Source: the human T2T-CHM13v2.0 reference genome, Homo sapiens. Taken from it: a stretch of DNA of 64,000 bases. The stretch lies in the NCBI RefSeq assembly GCF_009914755.1, contig NC_060928.1; one strand, written 5' to 3'. Under the pieces are notes generated by a model that saw only the letters and a program-made list of their open reading frames with translations, did not search any database and was not told the origin of the DNA. Position 1 is the stretch's first letter; every line of letters begins with the position of its first letter. The position numbers were made by a program, and so were the translations under genes. This document shows positions 26,736 through 41,170 of the stretch, piece after piece.

Positions 26736-28849
26736 TAGAGAAAGTGTTCCTAGCAAACCCAAGAGGACAGGAAGACATGGACCAGGGTAACAATCAGATT
26801 TTCAGGGGCTCAAGCCAAGGAGGTTTTAAGAAAAGGTGTAACAAATGACTGCTAGGAAGCCTCTGGGAAAAACCTTTAGGAATCATGTAACAATTGTCAA
26901 TTTTATAAACACTTTCGTTCACTTAGCAAACATGAATCCACATGCGCTTATTAATCTTCTAACCAGAAGTAAGCCACTGAGTTTTTCACAAATTGGCTGG
27001 ACAGGCTGATTCCCAAGACAAGAAGAGATCATCCACAAAATCCTTAAATAAAAAGAGCCTAAGTGCTCATTTTTGGTGACAGCAAGCAAAGAGGGAGATG
27101 GGAAGACAGCATTTTACTCAGTAGTCAGTCGTAGGAGGAAAAGAACCAGGGAATGGAAGCAGTCCAAATCCCTAAGGCTTTCAGAAAGCAGGGGGAAAAA
27201 ATAAAAGCTAGACATGGGACTGAAATCCAGAGGTTGAGACATGACCCATCAGGCACATAACTGGCAGGAAGCCCAGCAGCGAGGCTCCCTCTTAGGAACT
27301 AAGCATCTGCCTGTTTTCACGTCTCTGCAACATACTAAATTATCTGTTAGCAAGTAGTTGCAGCATCCACAAAGATCAGGGACACAGGACACTTAGAAAA
27401 TTCAATTGTGTATGTAAATATTTACCTAGCTACTTCCTTGGAGTCTACAGACCTGTGACATTTTATTGGCAGACAGACTTTATGATTTCAGCGTGCCAGT
27501 GTATTTTATCAGAAATAAGTGAAAAAAAAACTCAAAACAACTTGGAAAATAGAGATGTTCAAGTCAAGGTTTATCCACCAATGCCTCTGAAACTGGAGGG
27601 GCTTCAGTGCAGACCTTTAATCCACAATGCCTGATTCTGAAGTGGCATGTCTGTGTAAGAGAATTTAACATCCTAAGGATCCGCCAGCCTCTTCTATTTA
27701 AAGTCAGGGCCATTGATCCCCTTTTTGGGTTGACCCACACCCCACCAACCCTCAGGATCTGGATGCCATATAAACATTAACCAGAAGAAATCAGTTGCGT
27801 ATCTCAGGTAGATTTATCTTCTAGGTAATCTTATTCCTAGACATGCTTTTGCTTTTAGTTTCATTATATTTACTTTGCCTTTGCCCTGCTCTTGTGGCCA
27901 GTGCCCTCTTTGTGTTTTATCATGAACCTGCTATGTGCCCACCTCAAAGCTGGACACTGTGGTTCAAACATTTCCTTCAGGAAGCCACTAGTCCACTTCC
28001 TGTTAGAAAAGATTCTGAACTTCTTTCCCAGATAAGTTGAAGAACCTGTTTTCTGACCTGGTTAGAAATTGAAAACTCAATCGAAAGATTGGCAAAGAAA
28101 ATTGTGGAAATCTATGAAAGTAGAAAAAAATGAAAAATACAAGAGAAAAGAAAAGAAACTTGAAGGACCAGTACCGAGAATATAATATCTGAACAAGCAA
28201 GTTTCATGAAAAAGAGGACAAAAAACATTGAGGGAGGAAATCATCAATTAAAAAATTTAAGAGAATTTCCTAGAACTGAAGAACATTGGTCAGAACGTCA
28301 AGATGGATGGAAACAGAGTCACACCCAGGCACATCACTGAGAAATTTCAGAACACTAGGGGTAAAGGGAAAAACAAACACAGTTCCAGAGAGAGGGGGGA
28401 AAATCGTATGCAGAGGAACCAGAAAGTGAAATAACTTCTAAAGATACAAAAAACAACAGAAAACTAGAAATTAATAGAGTAATGCCTTCAAAATTCTGAA
28501 GGGAAATTATTTTCAATCTAAGTTTCTATAAACAGCCACACCATTATTCAAGTGTCAAAGCAAAATACAGCTATTTTCAGATATTCAAGGGCTCAAAAAA
28601 ATTTGCTAAAGTGATGAAGGTCTTCAGGCTCAAACAGTGAAAAGTACAATTATAAATAAGCAAATTTAAAATAAGACAACCCCAGGGAATACAGAAAGTT
28701 ATGTGGGGAAGGAAAAAAATATATACATGTGCATGGTTCATCTGTGAATAAGGTACAGAGGTAATAATAACATAAACCTGTCTACTGGTCTAACCAAAGT
28801 TACAAGAGGTCAGGGGAATAGGAAGAAGGATTGTGAGGTATTTGGGATG

Positions 28850-28903
28850 AGTGTGTGTGTGTGTGAGTGTATGTGTGTATGTGTGTGTGTGCGTGTGTGT
28901 GTG
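28850..28903. repeat. Imperfect (TG)n microsatellite
   Basis: Interrupted TG run. Confidence 0.9.
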
Positions 28904-28974
28904 TTGTGCAGAAAGAGGAGGAAAAGAGCTGAAATCATCATCTTCCAATGTGGGAAGTCAATAGATAATGTCTA

Positions 28975-29301
<327 letters not shown>

Positions 29302-29517
29302 TTATTCAGAAATATGGAATAAAATGCAAACATCAAAAATCACCTAGGAGTTATAAGTATTTGCTTCTGCAGAAAGACAGGGAGGCAAAGCGACATGAAA
29401 GTATTGTTTTTCATTACTAAGTTTTAGAGCTTTTTGACTCCTAAATGTATGGACAATTATAATATTGACTAAAATAAGCAGAGGAGACTGAGGCCCAGCC
29501 CTGCTAATAAACAGGAG

Positions 29518-29735
29518 GGTGGTTAAGACATGGTGTCTGAAGTTAGATCACCTTAATTCACATCCTGGTTTTGTCCCTGACTAATTATATGACCTTGAGT
29601 ATTTTAACCCCTATAAACCTCTGCTCCCTCAACTTCAAATGGGGGTTGTAAAAATATTTACATCAGAGAGTTGCTTTGATGTTTAAATGGTAAAAGGACT
29701 AGGAAGCGATTAGCAGTGCCTGGCATATTATAAGC
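29518..29735 (+). mobile_element. MIR
   Basis: gtggttaaga...atgaccttgag...aacctctg...ttagcagtgcctggcata. Confidence 0.65.
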
Positions 29736-30505
29736 ATTCTTCCTTTCGTCCAACAAATATTGAGGATGTCGTCTATGCATCAGGCACAGCTGCAAGCATT
29801 TGGGATTTATCAGTGAATATAAAGTATTTCTGTCCTCATGGAACTTAGTAGAAATTAATGGGGAGAGATAGACAAGAAACAATCAACATAATACTAAGTG
29901 AATGATACAGTACATTGAAAAATGGCCAGTGATGCATGCTATGGAGTGAAAAGATCAGGGAAAGGGATATCAGATTGCTGGCAAGGGGAGGCAGGTAGTG
30001 CCTGCAAATTTTACCTACATTGGTCAAGAAAAGGCCTGGTGAGAAAGCAACATTTGAGCAAAGACTTGAAGGAGCTAAGGGACCAACAAGTGAAATATTT
30101 GGGAGGAGCATTTGTAGGCAGAGGAATAGGTAACTCGAAGCCTCTAAGGTGGCCATGTGCATGGCCTGTTTGGGAAAGAGTCACAAAGCTGGTGTGGATG
30201 GAGCCAAGTGAAGGAAAAGTAGCAGGAGACAAGGTCAAAGGGGAACGGGGCACCAGAGAGAGCAAGAAGAGCCTTGAAGACACGAGCAGGATACTGAATT
30301 TTACTTAGAGCAAAACAGGGAGCCAGGACTTGACAAAACAGGTTGCAGGGACTTGAGCAGGCTGATATGATCTGATTTGCCAGCTCCTGTTTTAGAGATA
30401 GCGCATAGGCAGGAATAGTGGGAGCCAGGAGAGCTGCACAGCAGGAGGTGCCCACAGTGTTCCAGTAAGAGCAGGTGGGGCTCAGACCAGCACAGTGGAG
30501 AGAAG
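29736..30505 (-). mobile_element. L2
   Basis: caacaaatattgag...ctgtcctcatggaactta...catttgagcaaagacttgaagga. Confidence 0.75.
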
Positions 30506-32177
30506 TCATTCTATTTTCTATACCACTGAATACATTTTAGCTCTTATTATCATTTACCCAAGATTACGCAACAAGTTCATGGCAGAAGTGTGAGGCATGC
30601 TGCAGCTTCCCCATCTTCTTCTGAATAAAGAAAAACTATAAATGGAAAATTGAAATCGAAATACATATTATTTTGTCCTTATGTACATTAATAAAATCAG
30701 TATGAGATGCATTTCTCCTCAATCATAAAATCTCTGTTATTCTATAGCTTACACTACCTTGTACAGTAAGTATAATTCAGCATTGCTGTGGGTAAAGATT
30801 TATTCATTCATTGAATCTTGATAATCAAGATATGGCCCCTACCCTCAGATTGGTTAACCAAGTGCTGAGACAGAATAGACGAACATAAAGAAATAAAGCA
30901 CACATAAGAAAGTGGCCAATGCCACAAGCTGATTCGGTTGCTCTAGGAAGTCCAGAGGAGGGCAGTTACTGCTCTTAGCTTGGGGAAGGGTGAGGAGGTG
31001 GTGTGCTGAAGCCTCCATGGAGAAGGTGAGAGATGTAGGATCATTCATATTTGGATATTTCAGGATGAGGCAGAGGGGCTGGATATTTCCAGAAGTGGAA
31101 AAAAAGGCATGGAGACAGAACATTTCCATGTAAATAAGAAAAACAATACTTTTTTAAGTTTAGCTGGAGCACACAGCATGGAAAAAGGAATAATGAAACC
31201 ATGAGAAATAAGGGTGAAAAGGTTACTCAAAACCAAATTAAGGAGGGTCTTAACACTGCCACGCAGAGAACTCCAAATAAAGATGGTAACAAGAAAAGAA
31301 GACAAGAGAAATAAACACTGCACTTAGCCAACACCTTGACCACTGGTCTGTCTATGTAGCTTCCAATCATCAAATTCATTTTCCAAGATTAGGAGGTGGG
31401 CAGAAACAGGAATAAAGTTAAAATTGTCAGCCAAAAATTGATTTTTTCCACTTGAAGGGCTTCTTTTTTTAATTTGATATTTTTTTACCTTTGGACACAT
31501 ATCTTGATTTGTTTTGCTTACTCTGCCTTATATTATAGTAAATATAATTAGACACTGCAGGCAGGCAACGATGGAAGTTTGAGGCAGGCAATGATGGAAG
31601 CCAGGAAACCAGGACAGTGAGAGATGCTCATGGTGTTCTAGTAAGAGAGGATGGGGCTCAGACTAGCAGAATAGAGAGAAGTGATTGACTTTCTATATTT
31701 CTGTACACATGACACCATGCCACTTATCTTACTTTCTAGACTTCTGAATAAATAGACTTTCTTTCTGAAGTCAAGAAAGAAAGGATTGCTCGCCTCCTGC
31801 ATAGAAGTAGTTTTCCAAGCATTAGGAAAACAACATATCAGTTGATCTAATGACCAGCCTTGTGCTTTGTGTCCATTTTTATGGCAAGTCACTGGGGTGA
31901 GAACCATGATCAAAACACAATAAAGAAACATTTTCAAATGCTACACACAGTGACATAAGCCTGCAGCCTGACTTTGCACCTCGGTATCTGCACCCCCTGC
32001 AATTCAGTTAAACAGTTTTGTTGTTCACATATCTCTTGGACACCCTAATATGTAGAAATGTAGCACTCACTCAAAAGGCTTTGAGATTTTCTGTACCCCA
32101 GATTATCTGGAGAGATGTCAATTTTACAGTGGTATTTTCCAGTCTTCAGAGAAGTCTGGCAGTCCCCATTGCTGCCA

Positions 32178-32340
32178 ATAATAACAATAGCTAACATACT
32201 CTGCCTGGCATGTGCAGTCTCTTTTGATCCTTCAACAGCCCTGGGAGGTAGATGCAGTCATCTGGCCCACTTACAAATGGGAAAACCAAGGAAGAGAGAA
32301 GTTAAGTAAATAGTCATGGATCACAGAGGTAGAAAGTAAA
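32178..32340 (-). mobile_element. MIR
   Basis: aatagctaacat...cccacttacaaatgggaaaaccaagg...gttaagtaa. Confidence 0.6.
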
Positions 32341-34158
32341 TGAATGAATGAACATTTCTCTCTTCCTTCTCAACCCAGAGTCCAGTGTCTGCCAGCAGTT
32401 CTTGCCTAATTCTTCCCTTCTGCATCAGGTGTTCTCCTGGATAAGGAAATGAAGTCCTCAGACTATATTTGTTTCTTTCTATGAAGCAATCTGGATTAGT
32501 CTCTCAACCTGGACACTTGTCATATCATCTTGTCCTCTTGCAGTTTTTGGCCTCTTTCAGTTTGAAAAAGCCCTTGACCTCACCTCACACTCCACCATTA
32601 TTATTCTGTTTTCTTCTCAGAATTTTCACTAGTTTATCTTCAGGGTTTTTTTCTTCCACTACATCTCATCATTTTCAAATGTCAGATTAACTTGTCACCT
32701 TGCATGCCCTTCTGGAGACCTTAAAATCATTGTTCATCAAGACCATGCCGGAATCAACAACCCAATCCAGACAAAAACTAAGAATTAAAATATCATTACT
32801 GGAATGGGAAAGGAAAATAAGACTCTTCCCCAGCTGCATATACATCTGTGTATTTCTTTGGATGTTGACTTTGAAATGCTAAAACACTCCCACGTGAAAA
32901 AAGATCCATCATTTTGTTGTTTATGCATCTGAGTACACAAACGTATGCTTGCAAATGTCTGGAGAACCTGGTTTACAATAGCAAGCTAATTCAACCAACG
33001 TGCTGAGAGGCCATTTATTAATTTTACAGAAATTTACAAAAGCATGTATATTACACTTACACATGAATAAATTATGATAATTTTAATGGAATCATTCATC
33101 TAAGTAAGTTTGATCCAAATAATCCTTATTCTCCTATATAGGTACAGAATATTTTTTAATGTGCACTTAAATATTTTTGTAGAAAAAGGGAACTGAAGAA
33201 CATTAAGCTCTGTTTATATTTCTCTAAATTATCTTCCAAATTCTGTCACTGTACATGCATAAGTACATTTTTATGTTATTGTATCATGCAAGGGTTCTGT
33301 TTTGTATTCTGCTTTGTCTTCATTTTATTTAATAATCCTTTGTACTTAAATAGGCCCCATGCTTGACTGGTTTGTGTCATAGAATAGTTATGTGGTGCTC
33401 CTTCATGATGCTATTGCTGTTTGCATTTTGTTTTTGCATTCAGAGTTGTATTCTATCTTCTACTATTTTAAACTGAGTTATTTTTAATATCTTCATATAA
33501 TTTACATTTTTCTATTTAGGGATACCTTCAGAGAGCACAGCTTCAACTAAATGTTAGATTCTTCTAAACTTGTGTTTAAGCAAATTTTAATTGAGAGCTT
33601 GACTAAAACACACACACACACACACACACAAGCTGTGGCAAATGAAGAAAACTAAATAAACTCTAACTTTACCCCCCATTCCCTCTAGCACTCCTTAGAG
33701 CCTGGTCAGAACATCACTGCCATGGGTAGAGTAACAGAACTGAGACCACATCAAAATGGAGGAACAGTAGTAAATATTGCATGTGTGCTTAAATTTTGCC
33801 ACCCTACTCTCCAAAGGACTATAGCAATTTACAGTGCCGGCCACTCTGTATAATTGTGCCTTCACCAAAGCCCACTGCCATTGTGTTTTACTAAAATTGC
33901 ACAGTGATGATATTTAAACAGGCATAAAATGTTGCCAAAATGCTGTTTCAATATACAAACCCTCATTTTGAGCAAAGCCATGCATTTTGTCACATGCTGA
34001 TGTTTTCTCTCAATTTTCTTGTGAGTACACATACTGTCTCATCTCAACATTGAAATGGCTCTTAGTATTGGAATGACACACTTACATAAACATTTATGTA
34101 ACATGTCTATAATTTTTTTTATTATTTTGCATTGCATTCTTCTTATACATAGCATATA

Positions 34159-34513
<355 letters not shown>

Positions 34514-35193
34514 TAAAATTTTGTCCTATTATTTGTTACACAGAACTTTTTCAGCTTTATGTATTTAAAGCTGAGGCCCAGACCCAAGGATGCAGGCAGA
34601 GCCTAGGAGAGTGGATCACAGCCCGCAGGGACAGTTCTCTGGCAGGATCCCTGGGCCAGGCAGAAGAGACCAGACAGAGAGCTCCACACACAGCCCCTGA
34701 CATGGAGTCTGAGAGATACTTTGCTCCTAGTGAGACGGTTTGAGCCAGAGAAGCCAATAAGGGTGCAAAACCGGAAGGGCTAGAGGCCACCAGAGGCCAG
34801 AGAGCTCTTGAAAACTCAGAGGTGGATCAAATTGAGACTAGTCTGGGCCAGTTTGAGATGAATTAGTCACTAGTTCTTACCTCTGTGTGGGCTATTATGT
34901 GTTTTCTTAAGAAAAAAAAAAAAAGCTTAGAATAGGGCAGAAAAAAAGGGAGAAACCTCTGAGAACCTTCTACCTTATCTGTGATGATATCCTGTTTCTT
35001 CAGTGGTTGGGAATTTATTTTCCAATTGCAAATGTCTTATCTTGTTCCAAAAAGTAGTAGAAAGAGCTTACAGAGGATTCACACAATATAATATACACAC
35101 AATAATATCAAAGTAGAATTAGGAAATTAGGTCAAGGGAAAATATAAACAGAAGTAGAATGTCAAGTTCAGGCAAAAGAAGAGGACAGATACA

Positions 35194-35537
35194 CAGTCAT
35201 GTGTAGCTTAACAACACAGATATGTTTTGAGAAATGCACTGTTAGGAGATTTCACCCTTGTGCAAACATCACAGAGTGTACTTAAACCAAGGTGATATCG
35301 CCTGCCACACCCCTAGGCCGTATGGTGTAGCCTATTGCTCCTAAGCTACACACCTGTACAGCATGTTACTGTACTGAATATTGTAGACAACTATAATACA
35401 ATGGTAAGTATTTGTGTATATAAACATAACTAAACAGAGAAAAGGTACAGTAAAAATACAGTCTAAGAATCTTACAGGACCACCGTTGTATATGCAGTCC
35501 ATCATTGACCAAAACGTCATTTTGGGGTGCATGACTG
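35194..35537. mobile_element. Tigger3a (MER7A-type) MITE
   Basis: TIRs CAGTCATG...CATGACTG, 344 bp; opposite orientation to the 11478 element. Confidence 0.85.
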
Positions 35538-35844
35538 TTTATGCTTAAAGCGAGTCAGGGTAAGTGTCCTTCTTGGTTTTTAGGCTTTTCTTTTTGATAA
35601 ATCTGGAATTCTTTATTGTTATATGTGGTATATTTGTTACTAATTCAGTCCTTCTTTGTACCGATTGACAGTTGTTCCTGAAATATTTAGTTTGTCCCTG
35701 CAATGTCCCTGCCATTCTCTATTGTTATGGTGTTTCTGATCTGTCAACTTCCATTATCTTAAAATGGTTTGTAAATACTTCTGAAAGCTCATTGTAATTG
35801 CATTTTCTCTTTTTAATCCCATAACATCATTTTTTATAATCCAC

Positions 35845-38800
35845 TTTGTTTTTAGAACAGTTTTAGATTTACAGAAAAATTAGGGAGATATATAGAGACA
35901 TACTCTGAAAATTGTTTCCTCTGCTATTAAACTATTACATTAGTATGGCACATTTGCCACATTAATGAATCACTGTTGATTCACTATGATTAACCAAAGT
36001 CCATACTTTCTTCAGATCTCCTTTGTTTTCCCCTAACTGCTTCTTCCTGTTCTGGATCCCATCCAGTACATCACACTACATTGAATCATCATGTCCCTTT
36101 AGGCTCCTCTTGACCATGACAGTTTCTCAGACTTACCTTGTTTTTTATGACATTAATACTTTTGAAAAGTATTGGTCAGGTATTCTGTAGAATGTGCTTC
36201 CTATGTACTGAATTGTGTCCTTCCAAAATTTCTACGTTGAAGGCCTATCCCCCAGTGTGACTTATTTGGAGATACGTCCAGTAAGGAGACGATAAAGGTT
36301 AAATGAGAGCCTAAGGGTAGGGTCCTAATCCTGTAGTGTTGGTGCCCTAGCTCTCTCCACCACAGTGAGAAAACTACCTGCAAGCAAGGAAGAAAGCCCT
36401 CGCCAGAAGCCAACCATCACTCAATTCATCACTCAATTGGGATTTCTCTAATGTTTGTTTTCTTATGATTAGACTGGGATTTTAAGTTTTGGAGAGGAAT
36501 ACCACAGAGGTAAAACCCCATTTTAATCACATATTGATTGACATGACTTATTGCTATTGATGTTGACCTTGATCACCTGGATGAGGCAGTGTTTCTCAGG
36601 TTTCCTCTCAGCAAGTTTATCTGCTCCCCTCGTTCCACATTGTACCTTTTGGGAAGAAGTCACCACGCACAGCCCACACTTAAAGAGGGGAGTTCTGTTC
36701 TACCTCTTTGAGGACAGAGTAACTACATGGATTATTTGGAATTCTACTGTATAGGGGATTTGCCTCTTCTCCTGTATTTATGTATTTATTCGATTATTTA
36801 TTTATGTCAGCATGAACTCATGGATATCTATTTTATCATTTGGTTTATAATTCAATACTACTTCATTTTGTTGCTCAAATCATTCCAGCTTTCACCACTG
36901 AGAGCTCTCTCAGTTGACTCCTTTGGCATACCTCAATTAACATACTGCTATCACTGTGGGTTATATTGGTCTGTTTCATCTGAGCACTTCTTTCATTTAT
37001 GGCATTACTAGATACTTTAGGCTCAACTTACAGATTTCCTTCCCCAGCCCTAGAATAAACCACTTCTCTAAAGAGGCATAGTTTCTTTTATTGGAGAATG
37101 GTATTAGAAACCAAGATCTGGGCAATAGGTGTGCTCACTATTTCTGCGATGTCATTGTTTCAGGGTTCTCTCATCAGACAGAGCAAGAAAATATTTCTAT
37201 GTAAACTAATCCACATATATACATAGCTATAAATATTCTTAAATGTAACCATCTGTATCAATAGGAAGCTAAACATGAGCTTTCATACTGATGTTGCCAA
37301 CTCTAATCCATTACCACATGGATCATTCTAGCTTCTTCTCCTTGCTTATCAATGTACTCCTACTCCAACAGTGAGAACCTATTTCCTCCAACCATACATT
37401 TAAATAATTGACCAATTCCAGTGTACATGTATAGCAGTATCAGAATTTTTAACCAATAACCCATAAGAAATAACTTTACCACCTAGAGTATAGTACTTAT
37501 GTACATTTTCTTCTGCTTTTAGTCTTACAGACTGCACTCATTTCCAAAGATACTTAGGTTGGAAACTTTTCCCCCTATCCTTTTAATGAGGTTTTATTCA
37601 TACATTTGTAATACCATTAGATTGTTTTGTCACATTCTGCAATTCCATCCTGGGATTCCTCAACATCCTAAATAAATTTTTAATTTTTCTATATTAAAGT
37701 TTACTCTCTAAATTCAGTGGGTTTTGACAAATGTATAATGTCATGTATTCCCAATTACAGCATCATCCAGAATAGTTTCACTTCCATAAGAATCCCCTAT
37801 GCTATTCAGCCTTCTCTGTCTTCTCCTATACCCTCAGCAACCACTGATCTTTTAACCTTCACAATAGTTTTGCATTTTCCAGTGAAAATATAATGGAAAT
37901 CATATAGTATATAGGCTTTTCAACTGGCTTCTTTCACTTAGTAACATACATTTAAGATTCACTCAAGTTTTTTGTGGTTTGTTAATTTTTTTAATCACTG
38001 AATATTATTTCATTGTTTGTACATGCTACAGTTTATTTATTCATTCTCTTGTTGAAGGACATTTTTGGCAACTATGAGTAAAGCTTCTCTAAAGGTTTGC
38101 ATGCAGGTTTTTGGTGGACAAAAGATTTTGAAGCAGTTGGGTAAATACCTAGGAGCATAATTGCTGGATTGCATGGTTAAGACTAAGTTTAGCTTTCTTT
38201 AAAAATACCAAAGTGTCTTCCAAAGTGGTTGTACCATTTTGCATTCCCACCAACAACGAATAAGAGTTCCTGTTGCTCTGCATCTTCATCAACAATTTGT
38301 ATTGTCAGTTTGGGGAGTTTAGCCGTTCTAATAGGCATACAGTTGTATCTCATCATTGTTTTCATTTGCAATTCCCTGATTACAAAGAATGGTCTTTTCT
38401 TATGCTTATTTGCCATCTACATATTTTCTTTAGTGAAAGGTCTGTTCAGATCTTTTGCCTATGTTTTAATTGGGTTATCTGGTTTTTATTGTTGAGTTTT
38501 AAGAGTTCTTTGTATATTTTGGACACAGGTACTTTATCAGATATATGTTTTGTTAATAATTTCTTTCCATCCATGGTTTATCTTTTGATTCTCTTAACAG
38601 TATCTTTCACAGAGCTAATGATTTGAATTCTAATAAAATCTTATTCATCTAATATTTTTCTTTCATGGATTATGCTTTTGGTGTTACATCTAAAAACTCC
38701 TCACTAAACCCAAGGTCACCTAGATTTTCTCCTATGTTTTCTTTTAGTTTTATCCTTTTGCATTTTATACTTAGGTCTATGATCCATTTTGAGTTAATTT

Positions 38801-39220
38801 TTGTGAAAAGTCTAAAGTCTATATCTAGGTTATTTTATTATTTATTTATTTACCATATAAACAACCAGTTGTTCTACCAGCACCATTAGTTGAAAAGACT
38901 AGCCTTTCTCCATTGAATTGTCTTTGCTCCTTTACCAAAAATAAGTAGACTGTATTTTGTGGGACTATTTCTGGGCTCCCTATCCTATTCCATTGAAATT
39001 TGTGTGCATTCTTTAATCAACACTATTTTATGTCTTGATCACTATAGCTTTAAAGTAAGTCTTGAAATTGGATAACCTGAGTCCTCAAATTTTATTCTTC
39101 TTCTTCAGTATTGTTTTGGCTATTCTAGAAGTATTCCCTTTCCATTTAAACTTTAAAATCAGTGTTTCAGTCTCAGTAAAATAGCTTTCTGGGATATGAA
39201 TTGAGATTGCTTTAACATGT
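35845..39220 (-). mobile_element. L1MC-like 3' UTR and ORF2 3' end
   Basis: tttagaacagttttagatttacagaaaaatt, agaaaccaagatctggg; reverse ORF2 C-terminal peptides in ORF 38189..38416 (IRELQMKTMMRY...PIR). Confidence 0.8.
36200..36415 (+). mobile_element. MLT1B-like LTR fragment inside the L1MC
   Basis: tgaattgtgtccttccaaaattt...tatttggagata...ggttaaatgag...gccctcgccagaagccaacc. Confidence 0.7.
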
Positions 39221-39229
39221 ATGATTTTC

Positions 39230-40860
39230 CTTGTCCCTGAAAAACTTCTTTTACCATTTCTTGTAAAGTAGGTTTACTGGTAAGGAATTCCCCCAGTTTT
39301 TGTTGCTGTGAGAAACTCTTTATTTCTTCTTCATGTTCGAAGGATAATTTTGCTGGATTTAGAATTCTAGATTGGTGATATTTTTCCTCTCAACACATTA
39401 AATATTTAAATCAACTGTCTTCAAGTTTGCATAGTTTCTGATGAGAAGCCCAACATAATTCTTATCCTTGCTCCTTGATAGCGCTGTTCTTTTTCTCTGT
39501 CTTCTTTCAAGATTTAATCTTTGTCTTTGGTTTTCTGCAATTTGAACATGATAAGCCTATATGTTGTTGTTGCTGCTGTTTTCATATTTATCCTGATTGA
39601 CATTCTCTGAGCTTCCTAGATCTGTTGTTTAATCAATTTTGGAAAATTCTCAGCTATTATTACTTCAAATATTTCTTTATTATACGTTAAGTTCTAGGGT
39701 ACATGGGCACAATGTACAGGTTTGTTACATATGTATACATGTGCCATGTTTGTGTGCTGTACCCATTAACTCGTCATTTACATTGGGTATATCTCCTAAT
39801 GCTTTCCCTCCCCCCTCCCCTCATCCCACAACAGGCCCCAGTGTGTGATGTTCCCCTTCCTGTGTCCAGGTGTTCTCGTTGTTTAATTCCCACCTATAAG
39901 TGAGAACATGTGGTGTTTGGTTTTTTGTTCTTGTGATAGTTTGCTGTACGTCAAATATTTCTTCTGCTCCACTGTGTCTTTCTTCTCCTCAGTATTCCAA
40001 TTACAGATATGTCACACCCTTTGAAATTGACCTATAGTTCTTGGATGCTCTGTTTGGTTTTATTTTTTCTTTGGAGGGGGGGCTGGTCTTTTTGTTTGTT
40101 TTTTTCAGTCTTTTTTTTCTCTTTGCATTTCAGTTCAGAAAGTTTCTATTGACCTGTCTTCCAGCTCACTGATTCTTTTCTTGACTGTGTCCAGCCTAGT
40201 GATGAGCCAATGAAGACCATTATGTATTTCTAGCATTTTAAAAATTATTTCTTAGTGTTTTTACCTCTTTGCTTACATTATTCATCTGTTCTTGCCATGT
40301 TGTCTACTTTTTCCATTAGAGCCCTTGATATACTAATCATAGTAATTTAAAAGTCTCCATCTATTAATTCCAAAATCTCTGCCATATCTGAGTCTGATTC
40401 TGGTGCTTGGATCCTTACTTTGTCTCTTCAGAGTTTATCTGCTTGCCTTTTGTACGACTTGTAATTTTTTGGTTGAAAGTCAGACATGATTTATCAGGTA
40501 ACGGAAGGAGAGATAAGTAGGCCTTTAGTATGATTTTTATGTTCATCTGCTTAGGAACTGGGCCATGTGCAATGCTTTCTCTAGCTGTAGATGTCAAATT
40601 CTTCTAGTGTCCCTCTTTTGGTTTTACCTGTTGTCTTTGAGCTTCCCCTAAGAACACCTCCTCAGACAGAGTCTGTGTCTTTTACCTCATTGTTCAGTAA
40701 TGCGCCGTTATTATTCTGGAGTCCTATTGGTATAGTTGCAAGGTATAAGGGAGAAGTAATCTATGATCTTAAAATTAAATCACAGTCTTTTAGTGGGCTT
40801 CTGTCCTTAAGCTATGACTTTCACAAATGTTTCTTATCTTTTTCCCTTCCCTCATGTGAC
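39230..40860 (-). mobile_element. Old L1M ORF1/5' region
   Basis: aggataattttgctgg, tttctgatgagaag, ccagctcactgattct and other reverse ORF1 motifs. Confidence 0.65.
39678..39946 (-). mobile_element. 5'-truncated L1PA (PA4-6-like) 3' end
   Basis: ttattatacgttaagttctagggtacatg...; 17-bp TSD TAC(T/G)TCAAATATTTCTT at 39661-39677 and 39947-39963. Confidence 0.9.
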
Positions 40861-40909
40861 AGTAGCTAGACGGGGCTGGGATAGGAGAAATGCCACTGGT
40901 GTAAGAATC

Positions 40910-41170
40910 TGGATTTCTGATGTCCAAAGCCAGGAGGAGAAGAGTGTCTCAGTTTCAGAAGAGAGAGGCAGAGGAAATCACCTGCCTTTGCCTTTTTTGT
41001 TGGAAACCAATTGGATGTTCCCTGCCCACATTGAGGATGGATCTTCCTAAGTCTACCAACTTCCAGTCTCCTCTGGAAATATCACACAGACGCACCCAGA
41101 AGCAATGCTTTACCAGTTCTCTGGGTATTCCTTAACTCAGGCAAGTTGACATCTAAAATTAACCATTACA
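40910..41170 (-). mobile_element. MLT2 (C-like) ERVL LTR fragment
   Basis: ctggaaatatcacacagacgcacccagaagcaatgctttaccag ... aagttgacatctaaaattaaccattaca. Confidence 0.75.

Noticed and set aside
31559-31600. 19-bp direct repeat with a 23-bp period (similar ones at 2765-2800, ~36416-36439, ~54640-54680 and 61608-61667)
   Set aside because: Ordinary short slippage duplications with no further structure.
34560-34890. GC-richer segment with a minus-strand GAG|GTAAGA donor, possibly an ancient LTR
   Set aside because: I could not assign a family or find a matching acceptor; evidence too weak.
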